The position numbers were made by a program, and so were the translations under genes. Below the pieces are notes generated by a model. The model worked only from the letters and a program-made list of their open reading frames with translations, was not told the origin of the DNA and ran no database searches. This document shows, in pieces, positions 1 through 11,296 of a stretch of 64,000 bases of DNA. How positions within the stretch are numbered: position 1 is the first letter of the stretch; every line of letters starts with the position of its first letter. Origin of the DNA: Botryllus schlosseri (Eukaryota); assembly GCA_051294905.1 (NCBI GenBank), contig CM119373.1, forward strand, positions 8,246,001 to 8,310,000, given 5' to 3'.

Positions 1-2
1 TG

Positions 3-290
3 CTGACCAAGAAAGATTTTTTCACACGCGACGACTACAGGCAATGTGTGAATAATGCCCTTGCTCTTCTCGGTGCAGGTGAAGATATACGCCATCACAA
101 ACCTGGTGCAGCACATCATGCGAGATGGATGGGTACAATTCTGTATGTTCAGAAAATGTTCATGTGGTGTGGGCCGACCAGTTGAATAACAAATTTGAAG
201 TTGAAATATTGCGCCGCTTCAATTTATTTTTAGTTCTTTTTGATATCCTTGCCTGGGTTTATGCGAAGTTTATTACGAAGATAAAAACAT
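3..290 (+). pseudogene. Fragment of an invertebrate cut-and-paste DNA transposase (RDDY...PGAxHxARWM family; possibly Sola2-type), running off the window start
   Basis: Frame starting at nt 3 reads LTKKDFFTRDDYRQCVNNALALLGAGEDIRHHKPGAAHHARWMGTILYVQKMFMW; not in the ORF track. Superfamily assignment is from memory and uncertain. Confidence 0.6.
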
Positions 291-379
291 AAATTGCCAC
301 AAGGGCACAACAGGAATACAACAACAAACGTCGACCTCTCTCTCCGCTGTCGCATGTGATCTCCTCACCAATTGTACAC

Positions 380-900
380 GCTGCATTTTCTTTAGCTTCC
401 CCCAAACGTGGCCAAGAAATAAATAGGTGCAACCGCTTTGTAATGGCTGTCCAAAACTATAACAGAAATTAAAGTTGTGATAATCCTATCATTCAATTGT
501 GTATGCAGGCTTACCGTTTGACACAACTGCATACAGAAGATTTGCTGACGCCAAGGGTATTGGCAATGGTTCGGTATTCGGCTGACGACGCCAAGGCATA
601 GATACCCATTGCAGTTCTCTCTGCGGGGATTGGCTCACGTACAGTCACATCATCTTATACAAATATAACAGGAGGACGATAATAGATTGAGATCACAATA
701 ATTGTCTAATATAATTGAACAGGACACATATTTTCTCACTTGGCACTTGGCAACGTTTTTACTCAAATCTGTAACAAAAAATACCAGGACTGTAGCTACG
801 AAAGAAGTGGCATGTTGAAGCACAATACAACGTACCTGGCTTCGTATCATCATAAACATGATGCTAGTGAAAGTTTCTTTTGTCATCCTGAAATTTTCAA
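380..900 (-). pseudogene. Harbinger (HARBI1-like) transposase, N-terminal fragment with a short intron
   Basis: Minus strand gives ...DARWIENFRMTKETFTSI... then VREPIPAERTAMGIYALASSAEYRTIANTLGVSKSSVCSCVKR|gtaag...ag|FWTAITKRLHLFISWP, typical of the Harbinger transposase N-terminus; frameshifted and truncated. Confidence 0.75.
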
Positions 901-1719
901 TCCACCGTGCATCAGCACCGTACGTCAGTTTCCCAATACTTCCCTGCCCTATAAAGTTGGAAATATCCGATGAACCAGTGGTCACCCCGCTGTGGTCCTT
1001 GAGCAGTTCATTATTATAGGGACTATGTGCATGTGTTGACTGAACACTGTTCAGTTCAGACTGTAAATTCTTTGACCGGTGCACACCTTGGATGCATCAG
1101 AATCCTTCCAAAACGGTTTCCTTGTAATTCCAAATCTGATGAGATTATTCTCAGGTGATGATCAATATTTGATGTTGATATGATTTGATGGATGGAATCT
1201 ATCGTAAATTTGATCGCGAACAAAATTGCTAGCTTCTTATATTCAGGAAGCATGTTTTTTTTAGTATAAACCTCAATTACCTTACCACCAGCAACTGCAT
1301 CACACAACTAAAATAGCGCTGCGCCCAATATACTTTCACTATAGAGACTGTAGGATGGAGCGACGACTCATTGTTCTAAGTTTAGATCCGTCACGCTTGA
1401 CTTTGCGTAGTGAAATTCCGTTCGCGAAAGTCCGATTGTCCTATTTTACATGTAAAAGTATAGGCGATTTCGGAAATGCATGGATGAATTTGAGTGCCGA
1501 AAAAGGGTGGAAATATTCTAGCTAGACGTTTCAAACTTTGCATGTTACGAGGAAGCATCAATATGTTCTCACTAAAAAAAATTCACAACTGTCCTCCACC
1601 CAGAACACGTTTAAAATCAATTTCCCGCAATGCCTTATTCAGTGATAAGCTCTCCGCGGCCGAATCCCATAAACTCGTAGACAATGCTATAATTGATAAG
1701 GCTTTATGCGGTAATAATT

Positions 1720-1960
1720 GAGTGGCCGTTGAAAGCCGCTGATACCGATACAAAACTGCCTAAACTATTTTCCGTGCATAAGCAACCGATGAAAAAAAAC
1801 GAATAGCCTACACGGAAAGCGGATGAAAAAAGAGCGACGAAAAGATTATCAATACATCCAAAAGATCAATATCGTACACTGTTTCATCGGGCATTAGGCC
1901 TCAAAACCAGAAAGCAACTCAAAGTGGGAGCTCTGCCTAAGCTAAATTTGCCTGAAAGAT
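1720..1960 (+). pseudogene. Degraded THAP domain inside TATAGAG copy 1
   Basis: ...KLFSVHKQP...HPKDQYRTLFHRALGLKTRKQLKVGALPKLNLPE resembles the THAP C-terminal end (AVP-type motif); frameshifts and stops. Confidence 0.5.
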
Positions 1961-2084
1961 GTAGCACAATCATAAAGGTATGCGGGGTATCTCTCACCAG
2001 GGATATCTGTCTCTCGCTCAGATCAAGAAACCAATGCACCAAGCGATTCCAATTGATATATTTATTCATATAGAAAGAAAATAA

Positions 2085-2485
2085 GATACCTTTCTCAAGA
2101 AAAGAGTTGCCAGAGACAGTGAGGCACAAAAATATTCCAGATTTGGTACAATCAGCTTCTAATTTGAACAGCAAAATTTGGGGTATAGCAGGCCTGATGG
2201 TTTGATATCACAAGTATAGATTCAACGGCTAGATATTGCTTCTTCATTCAAGGTAACTGGGCATTCTATGAACTGAAAGGTAGACAGCACATTGAGAAGC
2301 ATGGTATGGAAGATGACACAGTGCCAATAATCAGGTTAAGTTAATGTTAATTTCATTACATTGATTGAATTGTCCCTACAGACGTCACAACTTATTCCAC
2401 TCCACTCATCCAATCCTTCAAAGCATTGGGAAATTTCCTCTTCGGTGATGGATTCCCAATCCTCCCACAATGATTCTTCGGCCAT
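2085..2485 (-). pseudogene. Unknown 'WED-FEGLD-CxxC' zinc-finger gene, copy 1 (degraded)
   Basis: ATG at about 2485: MAEESLWEDWESITEEEISQCFEGLDEWSGISCDVCRD; homologous to 56950-57990 and 59750-60132. Confidence 0.65.
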
Positions 2486-3799
2486 AACTTTTACGAAAAA
2501 GTATTGATTATAAAGGAATCAAAATTTCTGTGAAAGCATAATACTCAGAATTTTATTTCCGTTTTGCTGATTAAATAACAATTACCATACATGAGGATAG
2601 CTCGCTACTTATATAGTATCACAGCAATGTCCTCCAATAGTACGGTAAGTGACTTATATTTTCTCGTCGGCAAGTTAAAATACATACAGATTCTGCTGAA
2701 TGACGCCTTCCAGAAGGACCATGACTTGGTATACCCACTTCGCCTGCAACGAAATGCCGTTTCATTTTCAACGCCTGCCCTTTTATTGTTATCTTCTATC
2801 ATCACATAATACGCCACTATAATAGCTATTATATCATAAATCATCGCTGGTATTCACCGACCGTGCGCATTGCGCAGCGATATACCGGCATATTCATCGC
2901 TTCGTACAGCAACAAACGCAAGACCGTCACGCAAGTATCCAAGATATTCACTAATCAGGCCAAACATATTAGGACGTCCAATTAGTCACAGAGTCCGTTA
3001 TATGTATTCAACCTCCAATACTCCGACCCATTCCCATCGACAACCATGCATTAAACCAACAAAAACTCAACTTTCCACCGTCTGAATTCTATGTGGGATT
3101 AATAGTGGTACACGTAACAATGGGTAGCTCCCTACGCAAAGCGGAGCGTGACCAATCTAAAGGGAGTTGAAAATATTATTGCGCGCAGTGTAAATAGAGT
3201 AGTTCAACTTATATAGATATTTCGGTATATCAATGCACTAATACCAGTATAATATAAAATATTTATAGTATTATGGGCAATAATACCATAAATATCCATT
3301 TTACAAGATAATTGCTGCAAAACCATGCAAACAAAATATGTTGCGGATGAATATTAATTAGGCGTTTAAATCAGTCGTCACTCCATCCTACAGTCTCTAT
3401 ACTTTCACCCTCGTCACAAGGGTATGTTTGTTTACCAGTACTTCCTGCTTCAAGTCAGTGTTGCCAACTCCGGATGGAAGAAACCGCTAAAACATGCTAC
3501 TGTAGGACACTATGGTGAAATTGTCAATAGTATATGGTCTCCAATGAAAGAAGATGAAGTGAATTGTTGTGAATTTAATCGTTACTCATACTTAGCCACA
3601 TTGCACGTTCTTTAAAAATCTGGATTACGTATGCAAGGTAGGTAGGCATATGTGACATATTAATGAGCACGCTTGAAAATAAACTAATTTCCTGTTTAGT
3701 TGATTCAGCCTATGGATTTAGTCACGCATCAACGTTCAAAAATCAGGTTTTTATAAATTCTAAACAACCTTTCGCGGGCCGCACTTTGCCCAGGCCTGC

Positions 3800-3901
3800 T
3801 TTGAACGGTGACTTGGACTCGGTGATGAATTGAAAATGACTCGACTTGACTTGAGTCAAAGCCACAAAAGTAAGATTTACCCGTGACTTGATTACACCCT
3901 G
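3800..3901. mobile_element. Terminal fragment of the GACTCGAGTC-repeat hAT MITE family
   Basis: gactcgacttgacttgagtc repeats ending ...ttacaccctg, like the ends of 34524-35496 and 45818-46307. Confidence 0.5.
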
Positions 3902-5153
3902 GTGGAAACACTACCATAGATGTGCCCAGGTTAAGGGATTCACTGTAAAAAATAAACTGGTTGGGTAACATGTTTCGACCAGTTACCTCATATTGTAGGT
4001 CCGTCATGTAAAACCAGATGACAGGTTCAGTTCCACTCGTTGCCTAACATGATTCTTCCTGACCTGTAATCTCGTAACCACGTCCGACGTGAGATTTCAA
4101 TTGACCTTCCACCTTGGCCGATTGGCACAGAATCAGTAGCCAGGATATGAATTAAAACAAGCAATTCAGAGTTGGGTCAAATAATGTATATTAAGAACAA
4201 ATGCATCAAAACAAGAAAAAATTCTTGAAATGGCGGAAGTTTCGGAGAATACATATTGAAATAAGAATTACTATAACGGCTGAAAATATTGACACGTCAT
4301 GAAGCAATGGGAGACATTCACATCCATGGTCAAACCACTGGAGGCGCGCAATTCCAGTCATTCTTTCATCACTGAGGTATATGTTAACTGCTATCAATGG
4401 GCGGTCATGCATTGTAGGTTAGGGTGGAGTGAAAATGACTCTTTTTTTTCAAATCGAAAAAAGGGCTTCCTCAATCCTGACAAATGACCTAAAACTTCAA
4501 TAAAAAGTGATTTCAGGGTATTACCCCCATTTTCCAGCCGGCAACCACCCAATTTTTGCGCGTGGGGGGGGGGGGGGGGGGGGTAAAATGGCCCATCTCG
4601 GCAACCGCGCTGGTCGTAGAGTCATGATATATAGCTCAAAATCTGGGGAAGCATCATGTTTCTATCTGTCTTAAGAAGAAAGTTTATTCTATTGTGAACA
4701 CAAAATGAGTTATAGCCAAAAAACGATATATACACACATTTTTGTTGAAATTCAGCATTTATTCTGACGAATTATGATCCGTCATCAGTTTTTTTGAAAA
4801 GAAAAGTAACACACTGACAATGGACGATTCTCACCGCTCTAGCGCCCCCTATCAAGGGATGGCGGTCGTCATTTCGCCTCCATAAGGATACCATTGTGTG
4901 CATATATATTGGCGTTGTTTTTCCTTTATGGCGACTCGTTACTGCGAATGCATGAGTTGTTGGTTATTGCAACACTAATGATACATAATTTTATGTCATT
5001 GCTAGCGAAATCCAGACCCTACTTCTTCATCATTGCTGGTTGAGAAGCCTTGACGTGGGACTGTATTTTTCCTCTGAACTGCTGCAAACATTGTCTTCCG
5101 ATGTCACAAGTAACAGGAACTAACTATTTAGTATTTACACAGTAATCTAAGAG

Positions 5154-6953
5154 TATGGAGCTTGTATTTTCTGAGTTGCTGACGGTCTACCAGAGTTCAG
5201 TTTTGCCGATGTAGACAGGATTGCCTGCGAGTCGAGGGGTAGTGGAAATAACAAAGACAAAGGTTATAAATTATTCGCTGATTTTAGAGGTTTGTAGTAA
5301 TTTTGACTAGCAGAGGTCCTTGATAGATTTATTCAAGCACTCAAATTATAGGCTCCTAACTGGCTTTGAGAATTAGACGTAATGACTTTGCAAATATCAT
5401 CAGTGATGAGGAAAACCGGCCGGTATCCCGGTACTTTAGGCGTGACGTGATATATTTGGTGTGCCAAGACAGTTCCTAGCGTCACACCGGTGTTCTGTGA
5501 GTTGTATCTTTTGTGTGCATGAGACACCATTTCCATATTGGGTGATGAGTTTGAGCATGTCGGTATCAGCACAGTGTTGAGCGATAGTACCTTGCAGGCG
5601 GTCTGATGTGTAGTTATATAATTCTAAATTCAATAATTTTTATTAGAATATTTATTGAATTATATGTTTTCAGCATGCCATGACACAGCAATGTTCTACG
5701 TGCAGGCGAAGAGCTATCATACTATGTCCAGAAACAGCCCTCTTCACAGCTTGAAATTAACCATCAATCGAGAACCAGGTCGAAAAATTTTAAATAGTTC
5801 TTGTACATGTCCTGCTGGTGAAGGATGTTGCAGCCATATTTTTGCGTTACTTTATCAAGTTGCTCATTTTTCAACCCCCAAATGCCCTAAGGTCCCAAAA
5901 ACAAAGAGCTGCACATCACAGCCACAGTCATGGCACAGGCCTCGTCAGGATGGGTTTATTTTTCCACCAATCCAAGAAGTAGTTGTTAAAAATCCCATTT
6001 CTCAGTCTGCTTCCGCAATCCACCGCACATTGCATAAAGCATGTGACGTAAGCCCGTGGCAAGATTTTTCTGAGTCAAATTTTTCTCCCTACTTTCCACA
6101 ACTTCTCACCATTTTGCCAAACCCTTCTATTGATGTCCCCCTTGTCCCTTCCAGATTTGGAAATGTTCCCAAAGGTAGCATCCTCTCATACCAACAACCT
6201 CCATCCGCCGTTGATGTTTCAGAATATTTTCCAAAGTTACCAATATCCAATTTGCACGATAATCTCGACCTTCCTCTCCCTTTTCTCAAGCAAGAAATTC
6301 TGCACCTATCGCTTAAAGTCACCCCATTTGATGCTAATATGGTCGAGAAGGATACTAGACTGCAAAGTGCCTCTGACTTGTGGCACCGCCTCCGAAAATT
6401 TAGACTAACGGCGTCCAACTTTGGACGCATATGCAAAAGACGAGGTGATCATGACAAACTATCCAGTGACCTTCTTAAGTCAAAGCATGTCATGACAAGT
6501 GCAATGAAACGGGGTCTAGAGTTAGAGAGTGAAGCTGCGCAAGCATATATGGAACATTCAGATGTCACATGTTCGCCCTGTGGTCTAGTTATTTCACCAA
6601 CCTACCCGTGGCTTGCTTGCAGTCCTGATAGAAAAGTGATTGACAATTTTGCAGATGATATGTATGGCTTGGTTGAAATTAAATGCCCAACGAAGGAAAT
6701 TAGTAATTTATCTTACATGCAGAGAGCACATGGCCACTATTTTCTCAAAGAGAATGACAATTACTTTTATCAGGTCATGGGCCAACTAGCTGTTACAGGA
6801 CTGGCATGGTGTGATTTCGTGGTTTACACACCTTCAAAAAGGGTTTATATAAACCGTATTCATGCTGATGAGAATTTATTCAAAGAAATATTCTCGAAGC
6901 TGGAAGCATTTTATTTCCAATTTTTTTTGCCTCTCGCTGCGGTCAATGCTTGA
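5154..6953 (+). CDS. SWIM zinc finger plus YqaJ (lambda-exonuclease-like) nuclease of an ISL2EU-type transposon; spliced, 5' part frameshifted
   Basis: SWIM motif SCTCPAGEGCCSHIFALLY; YqaJ motifs TRLQSASDLWHRLRKFRLTASNFG, WLACSPDR, LVEIKCP, YFYQVMGQLAVTGLAWCDFVVY; upstream exon near 5175-5290 (LPEFSFADVDR...KGYKLF). Confidence 0.85.
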
Positions 6954-7575
6954 TATTGTCAAAACACAAATTTGTGCTGCAGTATTTTATGTTCCAGGTG
7001 CAGATGTGCGTCATCAACCAACCACTACGCCACGGACCTTCAATGATGGACAAGGCTATTTCGAAATCTGATGGTCTCGAAAGTGAGAACTGTCACTGAC
7101 ACCTAGCCCATTTGCTGGATATGAAAGGGTCATGGCGACCCCGGAGATCTTTCATTTTCACCGGGTTTAAACTTTGTTCTCCATGGTGGTCACATCCACC
7201 AAGCCGCTCACTCCCAGTTGTGTCCCGGAAAGCTTTGCATAACTGGCTAGTTCCTAGCAAATGGCGGACAATTTGTCGATATATCTAATAATTTGTCAAT
7301 ATACAATACCGCACACGACTGTTGAATGCTATTTGTTGTTTATTGAATAGATAGGAAATGAGAGGATTATCGATCTAAAGCAGTGAATGAGACTTGTGTA
7401 TACATAGCGACTACTCAGTATTGTATCCTCCCTTTGTTGTAGACAAGGTAGAGGATTTGTTACTGTACGCATCGTCATTGAACCGTCATACATGTAATGA
7501 CGTTTCTTATAGACCCTGCGATCAAATTTGCAATTAATGAGTTCCAATAGTTCTTTAAAACATGCAAGGAAAATT

Positions 7576-8730
7576 TCAAAACAAAGGGCCCCTAAAGTTG
7601 GTGAGAAGACATGCCACACACCACAACTGATTCGCAGTACCGAAAAGAGTGAGTGGAAGGGGACGGCTGAAAAGCTGATTTTCTTTAACTCTCCGAATAG
7701 CACGTTCTACGTGGACTCTCAGCGAGGCAATTTCCTGCGTTCGATGAACCTGTCCTTCTGAAAACCGTCCTTCGGTATTTATAGGTGGCATGTTCAATCC
7801 AATGTTTCGGTCCTGCAAAAGTTTTTCAATATTAAATCCTTTGTCAGCCATCACCGAATCACCAGGTTCAAGTAGATCAAATAGGCCAGACCGTTTACAT
7901 ATCTCCTTGTCTGAAATGCTTCCAGAATAAAGCGAACTAACAAAAATGACAGGGCCATGTGGAGCAATACCAATCAAGCATTTACAAGTTACATAGTTCT
8001 TATAGTAAGAAAAAAGTTCACTCTGAAGAAGCAAGGATGATGGTACCTGCACTCGTACTTCACAGCAGTCTATTATAACACGTGTGCTACCATAATTTCC
8101 GAATCTGAAGGACTGGGGCATATGTTCTCTAATTTTCTCTCTACTTGCCCAAATCGGCAAGCTGCCAAGAGTAAAATATAAAAAATTTGCCCAAGTTATC
8201 GATAACCTGCTAACAGATGCAGTGGACAAGTTGAATCGAACACCAAGGTCTTTCACTCCAAAGCCTTGGTGAATCCGACAAAGAAATAAAAACAGTTCGT
8301 CTTGCAATGGCAGGGTTCTTGAATTTGCCTTTGCATTGAAATTCATCAGCTTACCACTTCTGACATCATCTTTAACAGCTGACCAAAGTGGAACAGTTGC
8401 AGCTGTTGATGAGATTATGTCAAAAAACTTCAAAAACACACCATAACTTGAAAATCCAGAATAATAACGAAACATATCATCGGATGCCTTGAATCGTTCA
8501 ATGCCAAATGTGCACAAACTTAGCTTTTCCAGTTCTTCACTTAAATCCTGAATTTTTTCCTTTGCTTTGGATAACTTTTCGAAGAGGGGCAAATCTTCTT
8601 CACAGTACGTGTGATCCAGCAATGGCTGTTGTCGATATGGACTCTGATGGTTGATGGTACTTGGCCCAGGAATTTCTTCTGGAGTGTGATGTCCACTACA
8701 AATACATTTAGATGCATTAATAACATGCAT
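7576..8730 (-). CDS. ISL2EU/Harbinger-type DDE transposase (DDE_Tnp_4), main exon
   Basis: Motifs RVIIDCCEV, YKNYVTCKCLIGIAPHG, SISDKEI, VMADKGF, RVHVERAIRRVK; converges on the YqaJ gene. Confidence 0.9.
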   Translation of the reverse strand: MHVINASKCICSGHHTPEEIPGPSTINHQSPYRQQPLLDHTYCEEDLPLFEKLSKAKEKIQDLSEELEKLSLCTFGIERFKASDDMFRYYSGFSSYGVFLKFFDIISSTAATVPLWSAVKDDVRSGKLMNFNAKANSRTLPLQDELFLFLCRIHQGFGVKDLGVRFNLSTASVSRLSITWANFLYFTLGSLPIWASREKIREHMPQSFRFGNYGSTRVIIDCCEVRVQVPSSLLLQSELFSYYKNYVTCKCLIGIAPHGPVIFVSSLYSGSISDKEICKRSGLFDLLEPGDSVMADKGFNIEKLLQDRNIGLNMPPINTEGRFSEGQVHRTQEIASLRVHVERAIRRVKENQLFSRPLPLTLFGTANQLWCVACLLTNFRGPLF

Positions 8731-9180
8731 GTGACAGAAATGAAAACATTCATAGTTACTGTATCTATACGATCAACTAAAAATGGCAGTTATTGAGCTC
8801 GGGATTTTGCTGTACTTATCATAATAACCAGAAATACTTTTACGCGATTCCAGAATGGCCAAGCACACATTGCATCTTTTTTCTGAAAATGAGTAGTGCA
8901 AGTAGTATTTTAGCTGCACTAAACTCTACATATTGTTAGCAAGGCAGTATTATGTAGTGATAGGTTACTCTCCCTTCCACCCCATTGATATATGTGCCGA
9001 GTTCGTGAAATAGTTTTGAATAATATTGGAATCTCTCACACATAAAAGACCTATCTACTGTGTACCGGTCACTGTTAAGAAATGAAAGTAATTTGTAGCA
9101 CCATATCATGTCAGTATACATTGACCTCACATCTGATGCCTGTGCAACACCCTTCTTGCTGGTGGTGTTGACTTCGTCCA

Positions 9181-9558
9181 CTTGAATATCCCAGGAACAG
9201 CTCCCATCTTCAAATAGTGACGTCCGCCAGACTTCAGTCTATAATCCTCTTCATTGAAATGCTGCCCACAAACACGTGTATTTCCAGTTATCTAGAGAAA
9301 AGTCAATAGCAACATTATCACGACAGAACAGGAGAGAGTATAATCGGATTGAAACACTTCAGGTAATTTACTCACTTTGAAATTCGGCCCGATTTCACGT
9401 CTAATTCTTTGTATCCATTTTTTCCTAATTTCTTCTTTCACGGGAAACCTATGAAAAGATAAATTAATGGTCTTTCTCGAGTCATTGTTGCATTTTGGAA
9501 CACAACAATGATAATGTGATCTTCCTGTCACAGTCCACGATCCCGCATCTGCATTCAT
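9181..9558 (-). CDS. THAP domain exons of the same ISL2EU transposase
   Basis: CCVPKCNN...SFHRFP...KWIQRIRR...NFK|gtgagt intron (9375-9292) ag|ITGNTRVCGQHF...LKMGAVP. Confidence 0.85.
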
Positions 9559-11296
9559 GTCTGTTATCTCACAGGCAATACCGTATAATAATAGATTGTT
9601 TATCGTAAAAGCTCTTTACAAGAAATCAACCTGTCCATATTAAACATAAAACTGTATTACAGGAATAAAATCACTAATATAAATTACGTAAATATATCCG
9701 TTATGACCAGCCATTTTACACATACATTAAATCTTAGAAGCCAAGCTGATATGCCATGATGTTCTTGACTTCAGGTGAGTTGTCACAAACCAGTACCGAA
9801 AAATCGCGTAAAACGGCTGTTTTTCGCTAAAATAAAGATTCCATGCTAATAATAAACATGCTATTTATCTTAATTTAGCATCGATACCCTGAACTGCATC
9901 ATATCGACAACCCACGGAGATAAATAGCGAAACCAACTCCGAAACTGCCCTCTGTCCGCATGAAGCAAGATTCTCCGACCGCCATCCCTTGACCATAATG
10001 GCGGCGCTCGTGAGCAAAAATGAAAATCGTGCATTAAATTATGAATACGAGTTCTATCTCTACACTTCGATATTTCTTCTATCTTTCGATCCATCTCTCT
10101 CTCTCGCAACTCAATCTGCTCCTCCACCCAGTGCCTAATCTATCTCCACTCAATTCTGCTGCCTTCAATTTATCCGTTATGTACGATTATTAGCACATTA
10201 TTGAAGTAGACATATTTTAGGAGTCTTGTAATTTTTCAATTTTCAATTTGAAGTATATTATTTTTAGCCTAAGTTCTTCTTTTCTCAGTTCACTCTCCTC
10301 CTCCATCATTTTGCTTTCTCTCATTCTCAGTTCTTTCAGCCACTTTGCTTCCTTCATTTTTTCCTGTAGGTATTGAGTCTTTGACAACTCAAATTCGGTA
10401 CCGTACGTACGCTTGTCTAAATAAAAAAAATTAAAGTTCGTTGGACTGCGCATCAGAAGTATTAACTCACCACGGCAACTGGAGCTGGAGCTGAGGTTCA
10501 TGTCGGGGTGCATTACATGATGATAATGTTCATCGTTATCCCCTTCCTCGCCCGTCTCCGAGTGGAGCACTACGTCTATTAATTAGACAATGACATTTGA
10601 AAATTCATTACTATATCAGATGTATCATTTCCGATAACTCACAAGACGTTTGGCCATCGTCGTCGAAGGGATTGCCTAGGTCGTGGATTTGACCCGGGAC
10701 GACTGCTATAAAACAAATTTTCATTTCAATCTGCCCCACACATCCTGGAATTCAAAACATACATGCCACTCCCTCACTAAGGGGGTCCATATTAACATCA
10801 ATCATCCCTCCTCCAGTCTTTCGGCGCTCTTTCTTTAGCTGCGCGGCATCAGCCTTAGAACGGTCTTTCATATTTTGCCATCGCTTTTTCAAGCATTTGA
10901 CCGTTCTCTGGCAGCTGATGCCGACAGCATTAAACTCAAGAGCCAAAAGCTCCCATGCGCGGTCTTTGGCCGCTGCACAGACCTTGTCTGTTTTTTTATT
11001 TTCGACAATAGGATTTTGCTTGATCAGCTCCAAAAGAAGAGCTTTTTCTCTCGGAAGAAAGTTAGGCTCCCTTTCAGGGATATCTTGAAACTCCGGGATT
11101 GGACACCTCTTTTCAAGGTGCCCTGAAGTAGGCCTATGTTGATGCAGCCAAGCAGCTGCAAAAGACTTCGCAAAACATCAAGGACGTGTCTTTTGTACAT
11201 ATTTATTAGGAAATAACACAATAAATAACATTAGGGATGTCAGTTGTCACGGTAACGTCACAGTCAGTTGTCGTGGCGACGTCACCATGACAGAAT

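Larger units (their letters stand above)
1340..3401. mobile_element. Non-autonomous TIR element of the TATAGAG family (P-superfamily-like ends), copy 1
   Basis: 29-bp TIR TATAGAGACTGTAGGATGGAGCGACGACT (1340-1368) and its inverse (3373-3401, 1 mismatch); 7-bp TSD CTTTCAC (1333-1339, 3402-3408); second inverted block 1381-1410 / 3132-3161. Confidence 0.9.
5000..9600. mobile_element. ISL2EU-type DNA transposon 1 (THAP-DDE transposase and SWIM-YqaJ, convergent)
   Basis: Gene pair and orientation match the ISL2EU group; termini not identified, so limits are approximate. Confidence 0.7.

Noticed and set aside
1331-1341. 9-bp TSD (TACTTTCAC) for TATAGAG copy 1, suggesting AcademH or MULE
   Set aside because: Needs asymmetric ends and fails for copy 2; a 7-bp TSD fits both copies exactly.
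4564-4583. 20-nt poly-G run as a functional G-quadruplex
   Set aside because: Simple homopolymer inside a repeat, possibly a sequencing artefact; no supporting context.
5540-5610. C/D box snoRNA in the YqaJ intron (GTGATGA...CTGA)
   Set aside because: No terminal stem and no recognisable rRNA guide; boxes expected by chance.
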